DNA of 64,000 nt from a virus, in the IMG/VR virus record IMGVR_UViG_3300037067_024426, one strand, 5' to 3'. The translations under genes and the position numbers were made by a program. Under the pieces are notes generated by a model. The model was not told where the DNA came from. It worked only from the letters and a program-made list of their open reading frames with translations, and searched no databases. Below are positions 37,977 to 46,661 of this stretch, one piece after another. Position 1 is the stretch's first letter. The number at the start of each line of letters is the position of its first letter.

Positions 37977-38675
37977 TCATTCTTGAGCAGGAAACCCGTT
38001 TTCGACCAAACTCATATTATTATATCGAATATCCATCGTTACTTCTTTTCCGATCCACGGTGGTTTAATTATAGTAGCATCTTCTGAATCGATTTCAACT
38101 TCAGCTAACCATCCGCCCGATAGATCTTCAAAGAATTGATCGATTTCCCAAGTCCGTCCTTCAAACGGGAACTTATAACGAATTTTCGTTATTACTCTCT
38201 TACACATCTTAATAAGACGATTCCCGTCAATTCGTGGGATTGGATACTCAAATTCCTCACGTTTAAACAGAGCAGCTTGCTTTATCGTAATGCAAGCTTC
38301 ATTATTATTGACGAGTCTTATTCGAATTGGTGGATCTTTCGATAAATAACCTTGCTTTATTAATTCACCACCTTCGAAAACAGGAAGCTGATCAATTAAA
38401 ACAAGATACTTCCGTTCAATTTCAATCCGGGCTGGAATGTCATTAATATGAACAAACCACTCAGTTTCAAGAGCTTTAGGTATTTCAATTCCTGAAGAAT
38501 CGAATTTACATATAATATAGTGTTCTTTCAACCAAATCTCATCGCCCTTTTTCACTGCAGGTTGAAATACTTTATGATAGACATCTTCACCAGCAGCAAT
38601 TCTTTTGAATGCTATTTCAAAAGAGACTGGTGTAAAATCTTTTAAGTTGACCGGCGCATGTGAATCTTTAACCAT
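37977..38675 (-). CDS. CYTH-domain protein (triphosphate tunnel / class IV adenylyl cyclase fold) with a roughly 90-aa N-terminal extension
   Basis: RIEIERKYLV matches the CYTH start EIERKFLV. Further matches: IRIRLVNNNEACITIK, EFEYPIP, and KIRYKFPFEGRTWEIDQF..LAEVEIDSED. Confidence 0.7.
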   Translation of the reverse strand: MVKDSHAPVNLKDFTPVSFEIAFKRIAAGEDVYHKVFQPAVKKGDEIWLKEHYIICKFDSSGIEIPKALETEWFVHINDIPARIEIERKYLVLIDQLPVFEGGELIKQGYLSKDPPIRIRLVNNNEACITIKQAALFKREEFEYPIPRIDGNRLIKMCKRVITKIRYKFPFEGRTWEIDQFFEDLSGGWLAEVEIDSEDATIIKPPWIGKEVTMDIRYNNMSLVENGFPAQE

Positions 38676-38699
38676 GCACCAAACATACAGAAAAGATAA

Positions 38700-39347
38700 T
38701 CAGTTGAAACTGAAATAAATAGAGGTGAATGCTGAAGAATCAAAACCTCTATAAACAAATGCGTATCCGGCAGTTACACCGAAATTCTTCGTAATATCAA
38801 AACCAGGACCGATACCGATACTTCGAATGCCTGGACTAACTGCTAAATTGACCGGTCCCACATGGAAAAAATCGAGACCAATCGATGCATCCCAAAAATC
38901 TTTTACTCCTCCAGAAAAAGATTTAATCATTTCAGGAACTAAAATTCCCGCTTGTGCTCGAATCCGAAGTCTAAACATCGGATCTGGAGGCTTCTCTCGA
39001 TAATTGACCTGAATAGGAAGAGTCGCTTCCATGTCACGTTCAATTGTAGGACCAAGTTTTAGTTTAAGTTTTATCGGTTTTTCCTTACCACCATTGATAT
39101 AAACTCGGTTATCCCAGTCACGGATGATAATGATAGTATCCGTGACTTCAATTTTAGCCGGGGATTCTTTAATCCCTTTGAGTTCTTTCAAAGCTGCAGC
39201 TACCTGTGCACTATCACTCTCCGATAGGCATATTCCGTTGCAAACTTGAATGTCGTGAATTTGCTTTTGTTCTGGTGGATCCGGTGTTGGCTGTTGAGCA
39301 AAACCGGTGGATGAAACGAGTAATATCGCCGGGATGAGTAGTTTCAC
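38700..39347 (-). CDS. Secreted protein with a C-terminal aromatic-rich segment reminiscent of an outer-membrane beta-barrel
   Basis: Signal peptide MKLLIPAILLVSSTGFAQQ. The C-terminus ..GYAFVYRGFDSSAFTSIYFSFN alternates aromatic residues. Confidence 0.45.
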   Translation of the reverse strand: MKLLIPAILLVSSTGFAQQPTPDPPEQKQIHDIQVCNGICLSESDSAQVAAALKELKGIKESPAKIEVTDTIIIIRDWDNRVYINGGKEKPIKLKLKLGPTIERDMEATLPIQVNYREKPPDPMFRLRIRAQAGILVPEMIKSFSGGVKDFWDASIGLDFFHVGPVNLAVSPGIRSIGIGPGFDITKNFGVTAGYAFVYRGFDSSAFTSIYFSFN

Positions 39348-39379
39348 AACCTAACTCTACCCAGCAAATTCAGACTCGT

Positions 39380-40363
39380 TCATTCAACGGTTTGCGTTGC
39401 ACAACAGTAGCCCGTTCCAACTGGAGTATATTCACTGTTCTTCACTGCTACAACACATCCAGCGGGTGGAGTAGATGGATTCAGACAATCGTAGAGATAC
39501 GGTTTCCCTGCGGTGGCGCCAGTCGTTGGACAAGCTGGCGGGAAGTCAGCCCAGGCAACCATGCAAGAATTCTTGGTGAAGTTGCAGCAATAATTCTGCA
39601 CTGAGGGATCGGTAGAAGCAGTTGGCGCCAGTTGACACCTTGCATGCGTATTGAATGAAGTATCGGGCGCACTGCTATAAGAATAGCCAAACGACTTCCA
39701 CCCGTCAACACTAACATCGGAACAATCAATAGCGGTGTTTCGAACCGGACCAGCACAGTGTCGTGTTGCGTCACAAGTCTGGAAGACGCTGCAAATTGCC
39801 GATGGATTGTTTGGATTGCAGGCGAGACCTGTTGATGTTCCGCCAGCAGCGTTGGACCTGCCACCAGTGGCACCGCCAATATTGGACCTGCCACCAACTG
39901 AAGAAGAACCACCGGAACCTTCGCCTGCCTTACCGCCGGTAGCCGGAGTAGAACCACCGGTAGCCTGCGTCGTGTTACCGCCGGTAGCCTGTGGACTCGA
40001 GCCGCCACTAGCCTGAACTGCACCACCACTAGCAGGAACAGAACCACCGGAACCAGGCTGCGAAGAACCACCGGTAGCCTGCGTGCCTTGCCCACCCTGC
40101 CCACTACCAGCTACCGTCGTGGTAGTAGTCGTACTCGAGGAACCACCGGACGTAGTAGTCGTACTCGAGGAACCACCGGGAATAGTTGTAGTAGTCGTAC
40201 TCGAGGAACCGCCAGGCGTGGTCGAAGTATCGCCACCAAATTCCGTAGTAGATGCTCCAGCCACTCCGCCAGTTTCGTCGATCTTCGTAGAAGTCGCATC
40301 AACTGCGTCAGAACCACAACCCGTGATGAAGAGAACCAATAGTGCTGCAAAATTTGATTTCAT
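39380..40363 (-). CDS. Lipoprotein with mucin-like Ser/Thr/Gly tandem repeats and a Cys-rich C-terminal domain
   Basis: Signal and lipobox ..LFITGC. Repeats PGGSSSTTTT. A 12-Cys C-terminal domain. The alternative-frame ORFs on both strands are repeat artefacts. Confidence 0.6.
   Translation of the reverse strand: MKSNFAALLVLFITGCGSDAVDATSTKIDETGGVAGASTTEFGGDTSTTPGGSSSTTTTTIPGGSSSTTTTSGGSSSTTTTTTVAGSGQGGQGTQATGGSSQPGSGGSVPASGGAVQASGGSSPQATGGNTTQATGGSTPATGGKAGEGSGGSSSVGGRSNIGGATGGRSNAAGGTSTGLACNPNNPSAICSVFQTCDATRHCAGPVRNTAIDCSDVSVDGWKSFGYSYSSAPDTSFNTHARCQLAPTASTDPSVQNYCCNFTKNSCMVAWADFPPACPTTGATAGKPYLYDCLNPSTPPAGCVVAVKNSEYTPVGTGYCCATQTVE
40100..40235 (-). repeat. Tandem roughly 42-nt coding repeats (three copies) inside the lipoprotein gene
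   Basis: The unit gtagtagtcgtactcgaggaaccaccgg recurs three times with minor changes. Confidence 0.6.
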
Positions 40364-40418
40364 ATTATCTCCGTTCCCCGAATGGTAAGAAATAGGGCAC
40401 GAGATTTACGGAATCAGT

Positions 40419-41000
40419 TCATTTTCCAGACACTAGCCCTATTTGTTCAGGAAGATCATCATTATCCGACCATCCGTGTCTATTTTCTGCCAAAGTTTCA
40501 CGGATAGTTGCTCCCGGATTTTCCTTAATTAATCTATCGTAAAGAGTTATATAAACAGCCGCTGAAAGATTAACACAATGACGTGTCGGAATTACGACAA
40601 ATCTATGACAACGAGAAAGAATGGAAGGAGGTACACTCCCATCTTCCGGTCCAAAAATGTAAAGAGCTTTTTCTGGATGAATAAAAGAAGCCAGTGATTC
40701 AGAATTAGGACGTAATTCAATAGCAACCGGAACAACAGTATCATCATACTGATCAAGAAAATGATCGTATTGACGAAGTTCGACTTCTTTGAACCCCTTC
40801 ATCCGTTCTTCGCGTGGCAGTTTTTTCATTTGGCTTAATGCGAATTGAACTCTTTCGCCCGTAAACCAAACTTGATCGACACCAAAACAGCTAGCAGCCC
40901 TCATGGCGGCTCCAACATTATGAGGAAACCGCGGATTCATGAGAGCGACTGCTGGAAGTCGACCTAACTTTTTTGCGTTCTTACCGTAAATCTCGGGCAT
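40419..41000 (-). CDS. SpoU/TrmH-family RNA 2'-O-methyltransferase
   Basis: Motif 1: LMNPRFPHNVGAAMRAASCFG. Motif 3: LYIFGPEDGSVPP..VIPTRHCVNLSAAVYITLYD. Confidence 0.8.
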   Translation of the reverse strand: MPEIYGKNAKKLGRLPAVALMNPRFPHNVGAAMRAASCFGVDQVWFTGERVQFALSQMKKLPREERMKGFKEVELRQYDHFLDQYDDTVVPVAIELRPNSESLASFIHPEKALYIFGPEDGSVPPSILSRCHRFVVIPTRHCVNLSAAVYITLYDRLIKENPGATIRETLAENRHGWSDNDDLPEQIGLVSGK

Positions 41001-41014
41001 TACCGAGATTACAA

Positions 41015-41530
41015 TTAACCGCCAAGCTTCCCGATCAAATTATTGAGATCAGCCGGTTTAATACCAGTGTCTTTGTTTCGAACTTCATAGACATCCGGTT
41101 TTACTTCAACTACCTCTTGAACATCCTTATTCTTCACACCAGTAGGAAGATCGATAACGACTTTTCCTTTATCAGGATGAACAATAGTTACGGTAGAAGG
41201 ATTTGAAAAAATACCAGGATCAGCAATTTGGGTAGCTACTGGTGCCTGGACAAATCCTTGTTTATCAGATTCACCAGGAAGAATTGGAGTCCCGTCATCC
41301 TTTTTACGCTCTTCCGGAGGAATACCTCGAACATTCTCTTTTTTCTTTCCCCAAAGAGAACCGAGAATCCCACCTATTTGAAAAGTCTTACCGGCTGCAA
41401 GCATGGCAATTGCCACGATAATTAATATGACAGTTACGGCAAAAGCAATTGGATAACGAACACAAAGATTCCCAATTGCTTTGCCGAGTGCCTTTAGGTA
41501 TATCCAAATGGATGAAAAAAACTTTTTCAT
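41015..41530 (-). CDS. Membrane-anchored hypothetical protein
   Basis: A transmembrane helix IAFAVTVILIIVAIAMLAAG. Confidence 0.45.
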   Translation of the reverse strand: MKKFFSSIWIYLKALGKAIGNLCVRYPIAFAVTVILIIVAIAMLAAGKTFQIGGILGSLWGKKKENVRGIPPEERKKDDGTPILPGESDKQGFVQAPVATQIADPGIFSNPSTVTIVHPDKGKVVIDLPTGVKNKDVQEVVEVKPDVYEVRNKDTGIKPADLNNLIGKLGG

Positions 41531-42180
41531 TTTGGCCTTGCGCTTGAGTCCATACGAGGACGAATTTGTTGAGTTTTTTCAGGAGGCGCTGGGCGAGGAC
41601 GAATTTGTTGAGTTTTTTCAGAAGGTATTGGACGAGCAGCAACTTGACGAGCAGCAATCTTATTTATCCGAGGAACTGAAGGACCATTAATAAAACCGAG
41701 AGTTTGCATCCAAGTCACTGCTTGAAATTCAACAACTTCAGCAAAGTCTTTAGAAGCGAAAGCTTCTGGAGTTAAAGAAATAATAACTGAGGTTCCTTCA
41801 GCTGCTTTACCATAATCGACAATCGATATACTTCGACCATCTCTTATCCTATATAATTCATTAGCTTTATTAGTTTCCCAATAGTCCAGTAATTCCTTAA
41901 CTGAGGAAACTAAAATAGTTTCACTAGTTAGTTCCTTACCGAATTTTTCCCAAACGTAAATTTTTCCCTTAAAGGGTTGGGAGTGTCTTAATCCAGCAAG
42001 TTTTCTGTAATCTTCAGCTGATGTACAAACCACACTATCAAATTCAGGATCTAAATCGTAAACATTATATCCAAATACTGCTTTCCCGAAATCTGAATAA
42101 AGTGTTTTCTTTTGACCTACGATAGAGTCAATGTGGTTTTTTAGAGATTGAACGTCTGGAAAAATCTGTTCGTATGCCAT
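41527..42180 (-). CDS. Hypothetical protein with a duplicated PEKTQQIRPR C-terminal repeat
   Basis: A 217-aa ORF. A 27-nt tandem duplication lies at about 41545-41625. Confidence 0.5.
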   Translation of the reverse strand: MAYEQIFPDVQSLKNHIDSIVGQKKTLYSDFGKAVFGYNVYDLDPEFDSVVCTSAEDYRKLAGLRHSQPFKGKIYVWEKFGKELTSETILVSSVKELLDYWETNKANELYRIRDGRSISIVDYGKAAEGTSVIISLTPEAFASKDFAEVVEFQAVTWMQTLGFINGPSVPRINKIAARQVAARPIPSEKTQQIRPRPAPPEKTQQIRPRMDSSARPK

Positions 42181-42199
42181 AATGATTCAGTTCCCTAAC

Positions 42200-45100
42200 T
42201 CAATACCACAGACTTAAGTTCGATATTAAGATCGCGTGGTTGTGTATCATGGACATCGGGAGATAAGGGTAGAAATCTGCTACATATATTAAACCAGCAC
42301 CAGGCCCAACAAATGACCCGGTGGAACCAGAATAACCAGTTTCAGCTCCTATCACCCTAACTGTTCCATTATACTGAAAACCAGCTGGGATAGCTGTATC
42401 AATGTTTAAAGTAACATTGAACCTACCGTAATAACCACCGGGATAAATAGTACTATTTCCAAGAAGAACTCCGGTAGTTTTAGATCCCCATGGATCAACA
42501 TCTCTCATATTTAATTGATATGAGTCAGGACTAGAATGATTCAAACCGATATAATTGTTAGTTACATCGAACAAACCACAGGCATCGTTCGATTTACGAC
42601 TAAGTAAACAAACTCCAACTGAATAATCACCACTACTTGCACTATTCCCACAATAAATAACGGTGCAATCTTCAACCTTAACGGGTCTGGTGAGATAGGA
42701 ATCGATATAGATACCGTTATACTGACAACTATCTATATTGACACTTCTGATAGTGATGTCGTCACCATATGCCTCAATACCGAAAAGTAAGCCATTTTCT
42801 GAGAGAGATCCTGCAAAACGAGACCCTATGGAGCTATTTTCAATAATAACTCCGCCAGTATTACCTTCATAAGCTGCATAGTAGGCAGCAGTTCTTGGCA
42901 TACTAATGCCGCTGACAAAAGAACCTGGGGATGCATATAATTCAATATTAAGATCACTTATGTGACCTTTACTGATTAGATAATTTCTAGCTTCGATTAA
43001 AACAATTGCTCCAGATACCCATTGATCTATATCATTTATATTATGATAATAAACTCTTTCCATGTTGAAAGAATTTAACTCTTGGAACATTTCCCTTATG
43101 CAAATTCTGCTACCTGGTGGAGCAGATCCACCGCCACCAGGAAACAGACGAGCATAAATACCATCAACATCTAGACTACCATATGAACAGAAGAAGAAAT
43201 CACCATAGTTTGCCCAAGCTATCGGATGGACAACTTCAATATTTTTTACTTCAATATATTTCCCAGCTAAACAGAAAAGACCGCCCTTTCCTTCACCAGG
43301 ACCACCATAGAGTCCACCAGTGTAGTTAGTAAACCAAGGAACCATGTTGGTTGTAGATGCTCCGTTTGTACTAAACCATGCATCAATTACAACATCTTCA
43401 ACAGTTAGTTTACCTCCATAGACTGAATCAACTCCAATCCCACCTATGGCAATAGCAGGAACAGCTACGGCATCGTGAGTGTTCCAGAATCCAACATAGA
43501 AACGTTTAATATCGAAGTTGTCGATCTTCATTGCAGGGTAACTAGAACCCTGAGTGTAATAATCTAGACCATTCCAACCTGTAGGTACGACATGAATGGC
43601 TACTGGTGATCCAGTACCATAATTGCTAGTATTCAGTCTACAATCATAGATGTGAACATTCTTAATTTCAGCACCGTAGTTAGCATAAGCATCACTACTC
43701 GGATTAAAAGATATTATGCCACATTGTGACTGTAGATTACCAGATACATCGACATCAACTCTAGAAGTGTCGAAGTTACAATTTAAAAATTCGATGAGTT
43801 CGACATTGGCCGTACCCATGCTAGTATAATCATAAATAGCTGTTACTGCCCCGTTAACTACTGAACTGAGATAGCATTCTTTAAATGAAATGATATTCGT
43901 GCTTTGATAGTGTGAATCATTAGTCCATATATCAAATCCGATAGTTTGGAACCATGGACCAGGATATGCAATCGGCATACTCTGACCAATGAAACTGGTT
44001 TTATATGCACGAAATTCAACAATATTTGCACAGTAAATGGAGCCAGCATTTATCCAGCAACCATTCATTTCTAAGATGCCGCCTTCTACCCGTATGAGAT
44101 TCAGTGAAGCACCGATGTCATTGGTAATTGCAATACCAGACATCTTCGTATACCCGTTGTTAGGGAGTGAGAGACACTCATAATACCATTGATGACTAAT
44201 CAAAACGGGCGAACCGTTTGGATGCTCATAGTATCCATCAATGACAAGATCTGAAAGAAATGTGAAATCAACAGTAAAACTAGTTACATAATAACCACGC
44301 TTAACTTTGATTGTTGCTGCGGTTGCTCCTACAGCATTCAAATAAGCCTGAGCTTTATGGAAAGCATCGGGCCCATTAAAGTCACCGAAAGTAGTAGTAC
44401 CATCACCAAGAACAATTTCATGCCGAGCATTTAATGTCCGCATGATGCTGTACGGACCAGCTTCTACGACGTTCCATACATAACGATCAGCTAGTGTCGG
44501 AGAACCATCAGTATGATTAGGATCGGCCGTAAGCGGTATATAACCCAGACCAGTACCACCACCAGTCGTACTATTTAAAGTATGTACATCAGCAAATTTT
44601 AAACCATCAGCTGAACTTAAAGGTCCTGGAGTTGTATCCCAAGATACGAGAGCACCGCCGTTGTAAAGAGAAATATATCCAGGGGTATTCGGACCAAGAG
44701 ATGCATATGGACCGGTATCCCTAGCTATTGAAGCAATTAGATTACTATAAGAATAAGTACCGGTGCCACCAAGAAAATCAAATTGAGAATAAGTTGAATA
44801 ACCAGTTGGATCTACGAAAAAATCCATGTACGAAACTGGATATAATGCATTTCCTCCATACCCAGTACCTTCAAAACGGTTACTAACTATCGCAGAAACC
44901 ATTTCATAAGGATACTTAAGGAATTGCTTAAATAATGCACTTGATTGATCAATTACGCCTTGTAAATACTCTCTCGCAATAGACCCATCAGGACCAACAG
45001 TTACTGGTTTACCAACATCAAATAACCCACGAGATGGTGATACATAAATATTCCCACGAGATGTGTTAACAAATTTCAGATTCAATGAGGCTGTGGATTG

Positions 45101-46612
45101 ATTTGAACCTGCAGATTTATCGAGAAATCTTTGAACTTTTGAATCTCCGACAGGATCAATATCACCGAATTCCATGACCTCAGGAAAGATCATTTCAGCA
45201 GGATAGCTGTTTATATTGAAAACCTGTTGAAAAGGGATAGTGACTAATTCTTCTTCTGAAGAATCGGAAGCCCCATAATAACCAGCATTTAGTCCAAGTT
45301 TGGCTAAAGTAGCAGAGGATCCATTAATTTGTAAGTATGAACCAGTCCCTCTATACTGAGAAGTGATTCTTATTTCATCAGGACCATAAGGTTCCGCGAT
45401 GAACGGTCCACGATACATACCAGGACGGAATCCAATTTTCGATAGAACTCCACTGCTTAAGGAATCGTCAGCTAATTCTATCGATGAATGAAGTCCATCA
45501 GTATTGTGACTAGATAAACGAATTAGATTCTGATAGAAATTACTATAAGCCGAGGCTATAGGAGAACCGATAGCTGCGTTTATTGTAGTAACTACATCAC
45601 CATTAGTAACTTCAGTCCCATTAAATATGACCCTAATTTGAGGTCCACCATCAATTCTAATTATGAATGATTCACCTGAAGCAAAACTGAATGGACCAGA
45701 AATTGTTCCAATTATAAAAACATGCCCATCAGAAAGCCCGAGAGCACCTGCATAAAGAGCATTTATTGATTGAACAACCCAATCACGATTGTTTGGGTTC
45801 GGGCCAAAAAATCCGAAAGAAACGGAAAAATTAACGCCGTCAACATTTAGATCGACTTGATCAGATCCATCTAAAGTGGTGAATGAACTATTGAAAGTAA
45901 CAACAGAAGCTCTGGTCGGGAGCTTCGCATAAGATCTAATACGATATCCGTAGTAACTATCATGCGTTAATCGTCCATGAACCGGAGTTCCACCAAGAAT
46001 GGACGCGGCCCATGTAACTGATCCGGTATCATTACTGACCATTCGATAGTCAGTAACATCAGTAACGAGATGACGACCATCTTGTGTCGCGAGACGTACA
46101 AGGCCACCAAGACCGTCGGGAGTACGAGTAAGAATACCTCTCGTCGGGCCCTTTAAACCAGTATATGTTCCTGCAACTAAACCGAGTTTAGCAAGAACAC
46201 CGGGAGAGACATCAGATAAATTGATAGAAGAAGAAGCGCCTACCGTTATAGTTTGAAGGGAAAGAACACCTTCTTTATTGAGTGCAACATCAAAACCAAG
46301 AGTCGAGTTTATTCTTGAAGCTATTCTGGAAACTGTCGTATCAGTCCCAATGAAAGTTACTAAAACACTCGGAGCACCATCAATCGCTATTCTTATTGCA
46401 TCACCAGCTAAGATAGGATATGGACTCTGAATACTACTAGTAACATATGCCTGAACATCTTCTTCAGCTCCACCCGGAACGCCAGTAACAGCAATAGTAT
46501 CGATTGAAGGGGTCGGAATGATCGAATCATTATAACCCGGGTAAAGATCCGCAGTACCAAATGTGAATTTGGTGTTGACCGACTTAATCTGTTCTTTTCT
46601 TGGCTGAACCAT
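42200..46612 (-). CDS. Giant structural protein (1470 aa), probably a beta-helix tailspike/fiber-like protein
   Basis: Gly/Asn/Thr/Ser-rich. The C-terminal half shows periodic hydrophobic rungs (..NVHIYDCRLNTSNYGTGSPVAIHVV..) typical of a right-handed beta-helix. Confidence 0.55.
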   Translation of the reverse strand: MVQPRKEQIKSVNTKFTFGTADLYPGYNDSIIPTPSIDTIAVTGVPGGAEEDVQAYVTSSIQSPYPILAGDAIRIAIDGAPSVLVTFIGTDTTVSRIASRINSTLGFDVALNKEGVLSLQTITVGASSSINLSDVSPGVLAKLGLVAGTYTGLKGPTRGILTRTPDGLGGLVRLATQDGRHLVTDVTDYRMVSNDTGSVTWAASILGGTPVHGRLTHDSYYGYRIRSYAKLPTRASVVTFNSSFTTLDGSDQVDLNVDGVNFSVSFGFFGPNPNNRDWVVQSINALYAGALGLSDGHVFIIGTISGPFSFASGESFIIRIDGGPQIRVIFNGTEVTNGDVVTTINAAIGSPIASAYSNFYQNLIRLSSHNTDGLHSSIELADDSLSSGVLSKIGFRPGMYRGPFIAEPYGPDEIRITSQYRGTGSYLQINGSSATLAKLGLNAGYYGASDSSEEELVTIPFQQVFNINSYPAEMIFPEVMEFGDIDPVGDSKVQRFLDKSAGSNQSTASLNLKFVNTSRGNIYVSPSRGLFDVGKPVTVGPDGSIAREYLQGVIDQSSALFKQFLKYPYEMVSAIVSNRFEGTGYGGNALYPVSYMDFFVDPTGYSTYSQFDFLGGTGTYSYSNLIASIARDTGPYASLGPNTPGYISLYNGGALVSWDTTPGPLSSADGLKFADVHTLNSTTGGGTGLGYIPLTADPNHTDGSPTLADRYVWNVVEAGPYSIMRTLNARHEIVLGDGTTTFGDFNGPDAFHKAQAYLNAVGATAATIKVKRGYYVTSFTVDFTFLSDLVIDGYYEHPNGSPVLISHQWYYECLSLPNNGYTKMSGIAITNDIGASLNLIRVEGGILEMNGCWINAGSIYCANIVEFRAYKTSFIGQSMPIAYPGPWFQTIGFDIWTNDSHYQSTNIISFKECYLSSVVNGAVTAIYDYTSMGTANVELIEFLNCNFDTSRVDVDVSGNLQSQCGIISFNPSSDAYANYGAEIKNVHIYDCRLNTSNYGTGSPVAIHVVPTGWNGLDYYTQGSSYPAMKIDNFDIKRFYVGFWNTHDAVAVPAIAIGGIGVDSVYGGKLTVEDVVIDAWFSTNGASTTNMVPWFTNYTGGLYGGPGEGKGGLFCLAGKYIEVKNIEVVHPIAWANYGDFFFCSYGSLDVDGIYARLFPGGGGSAPPGSRICIREMFQELNSFNMERVYYHNINDIDQWVSGAIVLIEARNYLISKGHISDLNIELYASPGSFVSGISMPRTAAYYAAYEGNTGGVIIENSSIGSRFAGSLSENGLLFGIEAYGDDITIRSVNIDSCQYNGIYIDSYLTRPVKVEDCTVIYCGNSASSGDYSVGVCLLSRKSNDACGLFDVTNNYIGLNHSSPDSYQLNMRDVDPWGSKTTGVLLGNSTIYPGGYYGRFNVTLNIDTAIPAGFQYNGTVRVIGAETGYSGSTGSFVGPGAGLIYVADFYPYLPMSMIHNHAILISNLSLWY

Positions 46613-46661
46613 GATTTACATTTCCTGTTCAATCGAAACTGGAATAGATTTCTTCGGTCAC

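Noticed and set aside
39481-40388. Alternative-frame ORFs (207, 93, 101, 84 and 79 aa)
   Set aside because: They are generated by the Ser/Thr/Gly tandem repeats of the lipoprotein gene.
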